Positions 25,074 through 34,727 of a stretch of DNA of 50,106 bases are shown piece after piece. The notes under the pieces were generated by a model. That model was not told the DNA's origin and did not search any database. It worked only from the letters and a program-made list of their open reading frames with translations. Numbering within the stretch: the stretch's first letter is position 1; every line of letters begins with the position of its first letter. Origin of the DNA: a virus. Its lineage: Duplodnaviria > Caudoviricetes. The stretch is from the IMG/VR virus record IMGVR_UViG_3300043707_000032, positions 1 through 50,106 of that record, one strand, 5' to 3'. Made by a program: the position numbers and the translations under genes.

Positions 25074-25134
25074 GCGTATATCGATCACTACTATTTGACA
25101 ACTGGTCAACAGCTTAGGAAGGTAGTCGATAGCA

Positions 25135-25344
25135 ATGTGCCTGGAGTACCTCAGAGATCGTGGCTTTGGTGTTAAGGATGGCGAATGGCGACTGGTCAAT
25201 GTAGCCCTTGACGGACAGCCCGTGTCGTTTTCGATTCACGAGTCCGACTGGCGAAGGCTAGAAGGGACTGACCAGTTCGATCGCTTTCTTACCAACCAGG
25301 CTGCGAGCTGTTTGGAATTTGAGGCGCAGTGCTCACAGGCGTGA
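25135..25344 (+). CDS. Hypothetical protein
   Basis: 69-aa ORF. Confidence 0.55.
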   Translation: MCLEYLRDRGFGVKDGEWRLVNVALDGQPVSFSIHESDWRRLEGTDQFDRFLTNQAASCLEFEAQCSQA

Positions 25345-25413
25345 CGTGCGTGCTCCCTTCTGCACCGCCTGCGAATGTTCCACCTAACGAAGGTCGGGGG
25401 AAGGGGGTAGCCA

Positions 25414-25488
25414 ATGTTCGAATTCAATGAGCTGGAAACAAAGGGACGTGGTCGTCGTCGTCGTCATCGTGGCGGTCGCCGCAAGTAA
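25414..25488 (+). CDS. 24-aa Arg-rich peptide
   Basis: MFEFNELETKGRGRRRRHRGGRRK; SD AAGGGGGT; CGT codon runs. Confidence 0.6.
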   Translation: MFEFNELETKGRGRRRRHRGGRRK

Positions 25489-25517
25489 CTGAACCCATCC
25501 CCGTACAGGAGGTACAT

Positions 25518-25709
25518 ATGCCGAGAGGCGCAGGTGGAGACAAGCTAGTTTTTGATATCGATTTCAAGACGCCGTTGACGGCACCCCGGCCCGGGGCTGA
25601 TCCCCGGCCTGGCGTCCACAACATCCCGATGATGAATCCTCGAGATCCTCAGGGCTTGACCCCCGACGTAGGGGGCTCGGGTGGTGGCTCGATCAGGGGT
25701 TCCAAGTAA
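25518..25709 (+). CDS. Small Gly/Pro-rich virion-associated hypothetical protein
   Basis: SD AGGAGGT. Confidence 0.65.
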   Translation: MPRGAGGDKLVFDIDFKTPLTAPRPGADPRPGVHNIPMMNPRDPQGLTPDVGGSGGGSIRGSK

Positions 25710-26204
25710 ATGGCAACGCCTCCCATGATGATGCCGCCAGGAGGCGGTGGTGGGTCGCCGATGGCCGGGCAGATGGCACGCTCGATCATCGACAATCTAT
25801 CCGCTCAGGGCGCATCGCCGATGCAGCAAGGAGGCATCACGGGAGGCCCGGCTCAGGACCCAAATCTGGTGAGCCAGATGCTGGCGGGGCGGATGGCAGA
25901 GCTAGGAGGAGCCGATCCCAAGGCAGTTCACCGGCTGATGACCCAGATCAAGCAGCAGGTAGCCGTCTTGATTCCTCAGCTGGCCTTCCGCATCCCCGGC
26001 GTCACCAAGCACCTTTCCGGCCTGTTCAACAACATCGATAAGATCCTCGAGGAAATCACTCGTGCGCTGCAGACGCAGAACGCTGTGGCTCAGCAAAGTG
26101 CCCCGCTGGGAGGGGCAATTGCCGCCATGCAACCGGCAATTGGCGCGGGCCCCGAGGCCGGTATGCCCAATCTCCCGCAGATGGGCCCCAACTTAGGACT
26201 GTGA
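25710..26204 (+). CDS. Gly/Pro/Gln-rich head assembly-region protein
   Basis: Lies between portal and scaffold; low-complexity termini. Confidence 0.65.
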   Translation: MATPPMMMPPGGGGGSPMAGQMARSIIDNLSAQGASPMQQGGITGGPAQDPNLVSQMLAGRMAELGGADPKAVHRLMTQIKQQVAVLIPQLAFRIPGVTKHLSGLFNNIDKILEEITRALQTQNAVAQQSAPLGGAIAAMQPAIGAGPEAGMPNLPQMGPNLGL

Positions 26205-26205
26205 G

Positions 26206-27057
26206 ATGCCTGACAAGAAACCTGAATTCGACCCCGCACTGGTCTTAAAGGATCGCAAGAACTTCCCCGATGATCTGGAAATTCCCCTGGGTAACGGGGC
26301 GGTAATGACGTTAGGAGCCTTCCGTGAGTATGACACTGCTACTCAGGGCTCGGTACAAGCGGAGCTGGAGAAAGGCCGTAAAGCTCTGGACGCAGAACGG
26401 CAGAAGGTGGAAGCCGCTTCCAACTCTGTAGCTCAGATGTACGTTGAGTTGCAGAAGCAGCAAGCCACTTTGGAGGCTCAGCCTCCAGCGGCTCGCCCAC
26501 CGGCAAAAGTCGATGCTCTGGATGAGGTGCTAGAGACCGATCCAGTCTACACCCGTCTGCGTAAAGACATGGCTCAGTGGGAATCGAAATTCGGGGCTCT
26601 GGACAAGAAAATCGACGATGGCTTTGGTCGTATCAACTCGACGCTGAACGAAGTCGGTTCAACCTACCTGACCGAGCGTTACCAGCGAGACTACGACGAC
26701 ATCATGGCCACTCAGGACGAAGCTCGTCCCAAGGATCTGAGCTTAGAGCAGCTCTACCGCTACGCCAGTGATGGTGGCTTCAAGAAGCGTAACGGCATTA
26801 TCGACATGCGGCGTGCTTATGACCAGATGACTCAGCCCAAGCGGACGGAGTTGGCGATCGCCAAGGCGCGTGACGAGGGCCGCGCCGAAGCGATTAAAGA
26901 GCGCGACCGCAATGCCATGCTGCCCAAGCCAGGCTATGGCCCCCCGATTCCGGGTCTAGACAAAATCATTGGTGGTCAGCAAGCCCCTAAGAACTTAGAG
27001 GAAGCCTTTGCCGCAGCAGCAAATGATCGAGAAATGTGGATCAACCCACAGTCCTAA
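26206..27057 (+). CDS. Putative capsid scaffolding protein
   Basis: Coiled-coil-rich, immediately upstream of the MCP; ends in a short amphipathic helix. Confidence 0.65.
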   Translation: MPDKKPEFDPALVLKDRKNFPDDLEIPLGNGAVMTLGAFREYDTATQGSVQAELEKGRKALDAERQKVEAASNSVAQMYVELQKQQATLEAQPPAARPPAKVDALDEVLETDPVYTRLRKDMAQWESKFGALDKKIDDGFGRINSTLNEVGSTYLTERYQRDYDDIMATQDEARPKDLSLEQLYRYASDGGFKKRNGIIDMRRAYDQMTQPKRTELAIAKARDEGRAEAIKERDRNAMLPKPGYGPPIPGLDKIIGGQQAPKNLEEAFAAAANDREMWINPQS

Positions 27058-27070
27058 CTAGGAGTCTCAA

Positions 27071-28066
27071 ATGCCAGCAATTACAGCAGGTGGCGCACAG
27101 GGTACTGGTCTTGCACAACCACCGGTAGCTCTACTGACCACAGCCAACGCCATCACGCAGAAGTACATTCTGCCCGTGCTCGGCGACCAAGTCCTGGTGC
27201 CTTCACCTGCGCTGTGGGCGATGACCCGTAATGGTAAGAAGTTCAGTGGTGGTGAGCTGGTGTACGCCTTGCTCAATCAGGAGGAAATGACCGGTGGTGC
27301 CTACTGGGGCAATCAACTTCTCGATACCACCATCGTTGACTCCATCACGCCAGCGGATCAGGTTTGGAAATTCTATCGCCAATCCATCGCCATCCCCCTG
27401 ACTGACGTCATCCTCAATCGAGGAGGAGCTGGCGCTCTGGACCTGATCCGCACGAAATATCAAGTAGCCACCGGCTCGTTCATGATGAAGCTATCTCGAG
27501 CCTTGTGGCACACAGCCCCGCAAAATACCACTCTAGACGTAGACGATATCGATAGTTGGGTAGGTCAGACCACCAACGTGATTGCAGGTATCGACCGTTC
27601 TCAGGCGGTCAACTCATGGTGGTTGCCAGCCGCCAACGTCGCCATCAATGCTCCTCTTAATGCGAACCTCGCTGAGCTAGCCTATCAGTCCATCGTATAC
27701 GGCTATGACGAGCCTGATCTGTTGATCATGGACAACACGAGGTTCGCCAACTTTAAAAATACCTTCACCAACCTGATCCGCTTCGTTGATCTCGAGCAGG
27801 ATGAGACTGCTCTACAGGCAGGCTTCCGCTACCATTTTCTTTATAATAATGCTATCGTGATGGCTGACCGATTCACTCCAGCCAACACTGCCTACCTGCT
27901 CAACACTAAGTATATCTTCCCTGTTTTCCACGAGTTAGACTACTTCAATGTCGAACCCTTTATCAAACCCACTAATCAAAGAACCATCGTTTCGACCATG
28001 TATCTAACCTGGCAGGTCATTAACCTGTCACCCCGTATGTCAGTAAAGATGACTAACCTTACTTAG
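27071..28066 (+). CDS. Major capsid protein
   Basis: 331 aa after the scaffold; GIDRS...WW, EPDLLIMD, AYLLNTKYI pattern of HK97-fold MCPs. Confidence 0.85.
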   Translation: MPAITAGGAQGTGLAQPPVALLTTANAITQKYILPVLGDQVLVPSPALWAMTRNGKKFSGGELVYALLNQEEMTGGAYWGNQLLDTTIVDSITPADQVWKFYRQSIAIPLTDVILNRGGAGALDLIRTKYQVATGSFMMKLSRALWHTAPQNTTLDVDDIDSWVGQTTNVIAGIDRSQAVNSWWLPAANVAINAPLNANLAELAYQSIVYGYDEPDLLIMDNTRFANFKNTFTNLIRFVDLEQDETALQAGFRYHFLYNNAIVMADRFTPANTAYLLNTKYIFPVFHELDYFNVEPFIKPTNQRTIVSTMYLTWQVINLSPRMSVKMTNLT

Positions 28067-28074
28067 GAGCTAGG

Positions 28075-28479
28075 ATGTCGATTACAAATAGTGTACGAAA
28101 TTTGGCTCCTGGAGTTGGCGCAAGCAACTACTACATCGGGCAGCCTGGAGATACGGGGAACCAGGCTGTAGGCACAGGAACCGGACGCATACCTTATGCT
28201 CCAACTACTTTTCAGCCTGCGGCTCGATCTGGCCGGATACGGATCAAAGCCACGCCTACCTTGGCTACTGGTACGGTTCAGATAGGCAACATTACCGGTA
28301 CGGACGGCACCACAACTGTGCATCTTTACCCTCAGGAATCGGCGGCTGGAGCAGCTGGTGTCGCAATTGATCGGGTCATAGACTTCATCAGCGACATTCC
28401 TCTGGCCTACATCAACATTACTATGATAGTGGGCGTGTCCTCAGCTACGATTGACACAGAGATTACTTACTCGGCTTAA
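28075..28479 (+). CDS. Capsid decoration-like paralog 1
   Basis: Shared NSV.NL.P..G..NYY / RSGRIRI / GTDGT.TV.LYP motifs. Confidence 0.7.
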   Translation: MSITNSVRNLAPGVGASNYYIGQPGDTGNQAVGTGTGRIPYAPTTFQPAARSGRIRIKATPTLATGTVQIGNITGTDGTTTVHLYPQESAAGAAGVAIDRVIDFISDIPLAYINITMIVGVSSATIDTEITYSA

Positions 28480-28481
28480 CT

Positions 28482-28913
28482 ATGCCTGACTTACTTAATA
28501 GCGTGAAGAGCTTAGGCCCGGGGCTGGGATCAGCCAACTACTACTATTCGATGCCACCCGATATGGGCGCAGGTCCAGGTGCTGGGGCTGCGTCAGGACC
28601 GATTCCTATACCTTTTGGTTTTCCTCCTCCGGCTCCTTTGACGCCGGTTGCCAGGAGTGGTGCAATCCGGGTTCAGATGTGGCCTACTAGTCTTACTGCC
28701 GGGTCCAGCAATCAAGTTAATGCTATCACTGGCACAGATGGCACAGCCACTGTAGTTCTTTACCCCGGGGATACAGCAGCATCTCCGATCAACACTGTTC
28801 TTGAACGATTGATTTACTTCATCACTGATCTCAATCTAACTGGTATTACCGTTAATTTCACGTCGAACGTGGGCACATCAAGAATGAACGTCGAAGTGAT
28901 CTGGTCAGTATAG
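28482..28913 (+). CDS. Capsid decoration-like paralog 2
   Basis: Same motifs; ends EVIWSV. Confidence 0.7.
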   Translation: MPDLLNSVKSLGPGLGSANYYYSMPPDMGAGPGAGAASGPIPIPFGFPPPAPLTPVARSGAIRVQMWPTSLTAGSSNQVNAITGTDGTATVVLYPGDTAASPINTVLERLIYFITDLNLTGITVNFTSNVGTSRMNVEVIWSV

Positions 28914-28915
28914 CT

Positions 28916-29368
28916 ATGGCAATCCTGAATAGCGTAACCAATCTAGCTCCGAACCTGGGATCAGCCAACTTCTACTACGTTCATCCTTTTCCCAATTTGG
29001 CTGCGGGCGGGCAAACCGTTTCGGGAGATGCGCAGTTACCCTACCAGTTCAGTGACACTCAGTTTGGTTTGCCGAACTTCTTTGGCGTCAATCAGCCCCT
29101 GGTTAGAGCTGGACGGATACGGGTCAAGTTGCTACCCGCTGGAACTGGTGGCACGGTTCAGCTTAATCAGGTTCGAGGCACGGATGGTACCAACACAGTC
29201 CTCCTCTATGCTGGAGGGTCTCCGTCACCAGCTAGTGCCCAGCTTGAGCAGTACATAACTTTCATGACTGACCTTTATCTGAACAAAATTTTTGTTGGAA
29301 TAACGATGGCAGGAGGACTGGCGACTGTCACTTCCTACGCATACATTGAGATGATCTGGTCGGTGTAA
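28916..29368 (+). CDS. Capsid decoration-like paralog 3
   Basis: Same motifs; ends EMIWSV. Confidence 0.7.
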   Translation: MAILNSVTNLAPNLGSANFYYVHPFPNLAAGGQTVSGDAQLPYQFSDTQFGLPNFFGVNQPLVRAGRIRVKLLPAGTGGTVQLNQVRGTDGTNTVLLYAGGSPSPASAQLEQYITFMTDLYLNKIFVGITMAGGLATVTSYAYIEMIWSV

Positions 29369-29370
29369 CT

Positions 29371-29802
29371 ATGGCTATCCTCAACAGTGTAACGAATCTG
29401 AATGCGAACATAGGATCAGCCAATTACTATCGGCGGAATATATTTCCCATTATAATGGCGGGAGGAACTACCATTCCATTGACTGACGCCTGGCTTCCGG
29501 ATGATTCAGCTCCGAATCCTACTTACCTTCAGGTTCCTGCCCGCTCAGGGCGGCTGCGTATTCGCATGACGCCTGCCTCAGGGGGCACCGTCCAACTTGG
29601 GTCCGTTCGGGGCACCGATGGCACCAACACAGTTCTCTTGTTTCCTGGGGGCCCGATGGCGGCAGCCAATACTGTGATTGACCAGGTCATACTTTTTCAT
29701 ACTGACCTTTATTTGACCGCTTTCCGTTACAGTATAGCAGTGGCGGGAGGGACAGCAACTACTAATTCCTATGTGGATACGGAGTTGATCTGGTCAGTCT
29801 GA
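29371..29802 (+). CDS. Capsid decoration-like paralog 4
   Basis: Same motifs; ends ELIWSV. Confidence 0.7.
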   Translation: MAILNSVTNLNANIGSANYYRRNIFPIIMAGGTTIPLTDAWLPDDSAPNPTYLQVPARSGRLRIRMTPASGGTVQLGSVRGTDGTNTVLLFPGGPMAAANTVIDQVILFHTDLYLTAFRYSIAVAGGTATTNSYVDTELIWSV

Positions 29803-29830
29803 AACGAGCTTCCTGTGCGGGGAAGGGTGG

Positions 29831-29868
29831 TGATGGCTGGGATCGAGACCACTCGGTCTCGGCCATTG
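29831..29868 (+). other. Intergenic RNA hairpin after the capsid module
   Basis: GATGGC...CGAGACC-ACTC-GGTCTCG-GCCATT. Confidence 0.5.
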
Positions 29869-29882
29869 CTTTCTGAGGGTTT

Positions 29883-30017
29883 ATGAGTCATCGACGGCCT
29901 AAAGGGATGAAGCGAGGTCCGCAACGTGACATGGTGGAAAAGCTACAAGGCGATCGCAAGCCGAGTTGGCGTTTTCATCAAAGAAGGGCTGCCTACAAAG
30001 CAGCGAGGAGACGCTAA
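29883..30017 (+). CDS. 44-aa basic peptide
   Basis: MSHRRPKGMKRGPQRDMVEKLQGDRKPSWRFHQRRAAYKAARRR; SD GAGGG; TAATG coupling. Confidence 0.6.
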   Translation: MSHRRPKGMKRGPQRDMVEKLQGDRKPSWRFHQRRAAYKAARRR

Positions 30018-30142
30018 TGCCAAGCCGCCGTCGAGTGCAGCTTTCAAGAATCCGTGGCGTTATGATCCCCCGCTCACGGATGGGTATCAAGACGCTGGGG
30101 CGGGCAAAACGAGCAGGACGCAAAAAGGCATGGAGGATGTAA
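30017..30142 (+). CDS. 41-aa Arg/Lys-rich peptide
   Basis: MPSRRRVQLSRIRGVMIPRSRMGIKTLGRAKRAGRKKAWRM; SD GAGGAG; TAATG coupling. Confidence 0.6.
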   Translation: MPSRRRVQLSRIRGVMIPRSRMGIKTLGRAKRAGRKKAWRM

Positions 30143-30330
30143 TGAACGACAAACAATTTCTAATCGTACTAGCAGCCATCATCTATTCTCAGGGTAAGGG
30201 CACTCCTGACGCATCAGTTCATGCAGCGCAAGATATGATAAAGAAAGTGGACGAGGTGTTGAAGGAAGAGGAAGAGAAGGAAAAAAAAGAGAAGGAGAAG
30301 GCCCAGCCTACTGGGAGAGCCCTTGGTTAG
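30142..30330 (+). CDS. Small hypothetical protein
   Basis: MNDKQFLIVLAAIIYSQ... after GGAGG (probable true start of ORF 29926-30330). Confidence 0.55.
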   Translation: MNDKQFLIVLAAIIYSQGKGTPDASVHAAQDMIKKVDEVLKEEEEKEKKEKEKAQPTGRALG

Positions 30331-30374
30331 TGGCATCCCTATACGAGCTGAAGCATCCGTGGTGAGGTGAAGTA

Positions 30375-31694
30375 GTGGCACTGGTAGGCGACATCATCAT
30401 GTCGGGCAGAGAGAGCATACCGGACATGCCTCAGATATTGCCTCCGCCTGCGCTGGGCTCAGTCACGGCGGCAGCTGGAGGCAGCTTACCTACTCTAACT
30501 TATTACGTTGTTCTAACTTATCTAACTCCTTGGGGAGAAACCCTGCCTTCCTCTGAAGCTACAGCGACCCTAGTTTCCGGACAAGGGTCTCTGGTAGTGA
30601 ACTGGGGTTCCTCAGCATTAGGTGGAATGCCGCTTGCATTGAGGATCTATTTCGGCTGGGTTGGTTCGGGACAGGAAGACAATTACGTTGAATTTCCCAA
30701 TGTCAACATCTATGGATCTCCGGTGGTAATCGATGGTTCCATTCCAACCAACCGGGGCATTCCTCCAAGCCGATCTAGTGCTTACCTACCTGACACTGAT
30801 GGTCCGTTCATCAACGCCTTCACTATGTTTCGTTGGTTGAATGAGGGCCTCAATATCCTATCCCGCAAAGTTGGTGGTATTCAAGATGCCACTGGGTGTC
30901 GAACAGTTGTTGGCCAGCCTCATTACCGTCTCACCCAGCGGTGGATTCGCCTCACCAATATCTGGTTCGATGGTTGGGAGTTATTCAAAGGCCGGAGGGC
31001 TGACATCTTCTACCGCAATGCTATCACCGCCATTGGTGCTTTATCGGTGACCTTGCGGCAAGCTGAAACCTCTCTCGTTGAGGTTTTTCCTCAACCTAAT
31101 CGCACTGGAGGAGCTTCTCTAACCACCAGCTTTATTGGTCCCTCCGACACCAGCTTTACGGTCGATACGGCGGTAAGCTGGTTATTGCCTTTTGGTCTAG
31201 CTCGTCTTTCTCAACCGGCCACCAACGTGACGGCTGGAGGTTCGGAAGAGATCATCGCCTACGCCAGTGCTCGGGCTGGTACCTTCACTGGAGTGATTCG
31301 TTCTTTAGGGGGCACTTATGCCAAGGGCATATACGAGCCAGCCGGGACAGGAAATGTTGGTGTGGGTTGGCCGATTGGCTCGCTGGTCGAGGAGCTGAAT
31401 CTCCGCATTGCCGGTTACCGCATGGCCAATACTTATCTGCCTGGGATGGCTAATGTTCCTCTATACCTGCCTGATGGCTGGGCTGACGTTCTGCCGGTTT
31501 ATCTGGAAGCCAAGGCCTTGTCGACGCAGGGAGACAAGGGTGGGGCAGAACGAGCTATGAAGCTGTTTACGTCGATGGGACAGGAACTGGCCTCGGCCAA
31601 CAAGCCACCCCTGCAGGGCCCCATTCAAATCGGGGCCAACCCAACCAACGAGATTTACAACCCCGGCCTGGGTGGAGGCTGGTACTTACCCTAG
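30375..31694 (+). CDS. Putative head-tail adaptor / tail tubular protein A-like with inserted domains
   Basis: Position after the capsid module; MALVGDII N-terminus, RWLNEG helix, LPDGWADVLPVYLEAKA C-terminal adaptor-like helices. Confidence 0.55.
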   Translation: MALVGDIIMSGRESIPDMPQILPPPALGSVTAAAGGSLPTLTYYVVLTYLTPWGETLPSSEATATLVSGQGSLVVNWGSSALGGMPLALRIYFGWVGSGQEDNYVEFPNVNIYGSPVVIDGSIPTNRGIPPSRSSAYLPDTDGPFINAFTMFRWLNEGLNILSRKVGGIQDATGCRTVVGQPHYRLTQRWIRLTNIWFDGWELFKGRRADIFYRNAITAIGALSVTLRQAETSLVEVFPQPNRTGGASLTTSFIGPSDTSFTVDTAVSWLLPFGLARLSQPATNVTAGGSEEIIAYASARAGTFTGVIRSLGGTYAKGIYEPAGTGNVGVGWPIGSLVEELNLRIAGYRMANTYLPGMANVPLYLPDGWADVLPVYLEAKALSTQGDKGGAERAMKLFTSMGQELASANKPPLQGPIQIGANPTNEIYNPGLGGGWYLP

Positions 31695-31702
31695 GAGGCA
31701 AT

Positions 31703-31825
31703 ATGGCTCGTGGTCATTACAGAACGCATTCCCGTAAGTTTCGTGCTCGTGGCTTCACGGTAGCGCGGACCCCCCACATTGGGGTACGTCGTGGTGGACG
31801 GCGGGGCAGTCGCAGGCGCGTGTGA
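31703..31825 (+). CDS. 40-aa Arg-rich peptide
   Basis: MARGHYRTHSRKFRARGFTVARTPHIGVRRGGRRGSRRRV; SD AGGAGG. Confidence 0.65.
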   Translation: MARGHYRTHSRKFRARGFTVARTPHIGVRRGGRRGSRRRV

Positions 31826-31835
31826 GGAGGCTTGA

Positions 31836-34727
31836 GTGCCGCTCACCAAATCCGACGTATTCACGACGGTCGGGCAGAGAAACTTTGCCCGGGGGCTGGA
31901 CGCCTCCACGCCAGACATAGTTCAGCCTCGAGGGACAGTTCCGCGCCTTTCCAACTTCCTGTTGACTCGTCGTGGTGGTCTGACACTGTGTGATGGCTCC
32001 TTGGTTGTCAGCGCCTATCAAGGTCAGGTAAAGCCGGGCATTCAAGGGCCCTGGCTTGACCTGATGCTCTACCAACCCAATCAGGTCACCCGCTACCTGC
32101 TGGGATTGCAGCTTTCCCATACGGTTCGCTTTCAACTCTCCGATGTCAGCCTGGGTTCTATAACCGTTGAGGGGGTTGGAGGTGGGCAGCTGGGCTTGCC
32201 CATCGCTCTTGCCACCTGGGCACCTTTCACCAACTTCTTTGGGACAACCGGCTCAGGCTTCCATTCGGTGGTCAAGCCAGCTGGCATCAACAACCAGTTT
32301 GTCTGCATCCAGACTGGCATCTCCGGGGCGACGGAGCCGAACTGGGCATCCATGAATTTCTTTGGTGGAGAGATATCCGACGGCTCGGTGCTGTGGGTCA
32401 ACACCTACGTTCCGGTAGTCTATAGCTGGGTGATCACAGTGGTCGACCCGGCAGGGGGCGAGACTCCAGGCACCATCTTCACTCCCCCCAACATCAACGC
32501 CCCTAACGGACCTCCAGCCAATTGGATTGCAGGCGACCAAGCCGTCATGTCCTGGGGCGGAGTAGCGGGAGCGGCCAGCTACAATGTCTATCGCACTGCA
32601 GCTGGTGGCAACTTCTGGCAGTTTGTTGCCAACAGTCCTTTCACTAACTTCACCGACAACGTGCCCGACGGCCAGCTAGGTCAGGTTCACTTCACTTCCA
32701 CTCCCAACACGACTGCCTCTACCGTGCTGCTGAAGATTCCTGAAGGCAGCTACACCGACAATAACCAGCTAGACGTTTTCCCTGCTGCCACGCTGCCTCC
32801 GCTGGGCTGGTCGATTGGGCAGGGTAGTGGGTCGACGGGCACGGGTGGAGCAGGCGCAGGAGTTACCGCCAACGGCGGCATTATTGGTGCCGTAGGCCCG
32901 GTGCCACAGATGCTGCAATTTGTCGACAAGGTCATCCTATGCCTGGGCAATGGCATACCTCCTTGGGTGTACACGGATGCGGCTGCGGTCAATCCACCCA
33001 TCCTGGGTGGTCCGCTGCAAAATTCTTTCACCTCTGTCTATCCAGACTGGATAGCTACTACGGCGTTTGCGGCAGGCGACCTTATCAAGCCTACGCAGAA
33101 TAACCCAGGCGGCTACGTCTTCACCGTCGTGCAGGGTGGTATCTCAGGAGCTACGACCGCACAACCGGTATGGTCACAGACGGTTAGTAATCGAGTCGTG
33201 GATGCCAGCATTATCTGGCAGAACACTGGGGTGACGCCCACCATTCCCGCTCCCCGGGGAGCAGCTCACGGCTTGGTTTATGCCGGTGCGTTGTGGCTGG
33301 CGAACACTTACCCTACCACAACGTCAGATAACCTGGACGGACCTACCGTACTGAAGATGAGTGATCTCAACAATCCGGAAAGCTGGAATCCTCTAAACGT
33401 GGCCTTCATCGGGCGTGACGACGGCACGCAAGTTACCGGCCTGGCCGCTTACACGGTGGCAGAGACGGGTATTCCGCCTATCGGCTCGATGGTGGTTTTT
33501 AAAGATTTCGAGACTTATCAAATTGTGGGGGTGTTTGGTGCGCTTGATTTTTCTATACAAAAGGCTCAAACAGACGTTGGCTGCGTGGCTCCGCGCTCCA
33601 TTCAGTTTCTCCCCGGATACGGATTGGCACGACTCACACACCTGGGAGTAGCAATTTTTGATGGCGTACGGGACCGGTTGATCTCGGAGGAAATCCGGCC
33701 TTACCTGTTTGGTGGAGTAGAAGACATTATCCCTATTGACTGGTCATTTGCCTACCTATCGAAGGGGACGCAGGCAGCCACCCCACCTATGTACATGCTG
33801 GCAATTCCGATCATGGTGGCGGAATTCCCTCTTCCCATTACTTTGTCACCTCCTACAATGTCGTACAACCCCAACACGCCTTCTCTGCTCAACGCCGCTA
33901 CCTTCTGGTTTGTGGTCACGGCGGTGGTTGACGAGCAGGATGTAGTCCGGTCGAACGAGATCTCTTTCTCCGTACCTTTCACCCAGCCTGACAAACTCTT
34001 CACCTTGACGGCCACCGTGAACCTGGCAGAGATAGGAGCCGTGCCCGGGGTGACGGCATGGCGCATCTACTGGGGCTACGCCTCAGGGCTCGAGAATCAA
34101 TACGTGGAGGTGCCTTATGATGGGGTCACCGGGAGCGTCACCATTACTGGCCCCTCGACTCCGGGCATTGTTGGGGCGAAGCACAACGGCCTCACCCGCA
34201 TCCTTTGTTACGACCTGGTACTCAAAGCCTGGGCCATTATTGATCTTCCCTGGCCGATTGAGGTTCTTAAACAAGTCCGTGCTATCTCGTCACCTCCGGT
34301 CACGCTGACTGGGGGGTTTGATGATGGTACGGTTCGCCGGGTACAGGCAGGCGATCCGGACTGGGATGGTTTGCCCATCGACGCTACGGTGCGTTCGCCT
34401 GAAGTGTTTGGTAAATTCTCCAACCAAAGTCTCTACCTCAGGCGGCTAACGATTCGTGGCTTCGTCACTGGGCCGCCGCCCGGCGACTTCCAGAACACAT
34501 TCTCCCTAAACCTGACAGTCGATGGGCAGCCGGAGAACTTAGGCCGAGGCCGCCTCTATGTCCGGCCTAATGGGCGCTTCGAGTTGACTTTGGATCTGGG
34601 CTTTTTAGGGCGCACCATTCATGTCGACCTAGGAGTAGTAGCTAGTCGTCTCAACTTGCCGGTGGAGATTCATGAGTTTGACTGGGAAGTCTCACCCCGC
34701 ATACCCGGGATACCTTTATCGATATGA
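31836..34727 (+). CDS. Tail nozzle / DNA stabilization protein (P22 gp10 / T7 gp12-like) with accessory inserts
   Basis: 963 aa; NFARGLD N-terminus; beta-propeller-like repeats (MVVFKD...GCVAPRSI...LISEEIRP, LCYDL..KAW). Confidence 0.65.
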   Translation: MPLTKSDVFTTVGQRNFARGLDASTPDIVQPRGTVPRLSNFLLTRRGGLTLCDGSLVVSAYQGQVKPGIQGPWLDLMLYQPNQVTRYLLGLQLSHTVRFQLSDVSLGSITVEGVGGGQLGLPIALATWAPFTNFFGTTGSGFHSVVKPAGINNQFVCIQTGISGATEPNWASMNFFGGEISDGSVLWVNTYVPVVYSWVITVVDPAGGETPGTIFTPPNINAPNGPPANWIAGDQAVMSWGGVAGAASYNVYRTAAGGNFWQFVANSPFTNFTDNVPDGQLGQVHFTSTPNTTASTVLLKIPEGSYTDNNQLDVFPAATLPPLGWSIGQGSGSTGTGGAGAGVTANGGIIGAVGPVPQMLQFVDKVILCLGNGIPPWVYTDAAAVNPPILGGPLQNSFTSVYPDWIATTAFAAGDLIKPTQNNPGGYVFTVVQGGISGATTAQPVWSQTVSNRVVDASIIWQNTGVTPTIPAPRGAAHGLVYAGALWLANTYPTTTSDNLDGPTVLKMSDLNNPESWNPLNVAFIGRDDGTQVTGLAAYTVAETGIPPIGSMVVFKDFETYQIVGVFGALDFSIQKAQTDVGCVAPRSIQFLPGYGLARLTHLGVAIFDGVRDRLISEEIRPYLFGGVEDIIPIDWSFAYLSKGTQAATPPMYMLAIPIMVAEFPLPITLSPPTMSYNPNTPSLLNAATFWFVVTAVVDEQDVVRSNEISFSVPFTQPDKLFTLTATVNLAEIGAVPGVTAWRIYWGYASGLENQYVEVPYDGVTGSVTITGPSTPGIVGAKHNGLTRILCYDLVLKAWAIIDLPWPIEVLKQVRAISSPPVTLTGGFDDGTVRRVQAGDPDWDGLPIDATVRSPEVFGKFSNQSLYLRRLTIRGFVTGPPPGDFQNTFSLNLTVDGQPENLGRGRLYVRPNGRFELTLDLGFLGRTIHVDLGVVASRLNLPVEIHEFDWEVSPRIPGIPLSI

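Noticed and set aside
25395-25440. GTTCGAAT resembling a tRNA T-loop
   Set aside because: No cloverleaf or acceptor stem; the sequence is the start (MFEF) of an Arg-rich peptide ORF
28075-29802. Diversity-generating retroelement or invertible cassette explanation for the four paralogs
   Set aside because: No reverse transcriptase or invertase in the window; copies diverge at all bases with indels rather than only at adenines, and all are intact genes in the same orientation
29926-30141. N-terminal half of track ORF 29926-30330
   Set aside because: Better explained by two coupled basic-peptide genes in other frames and a start at 30142
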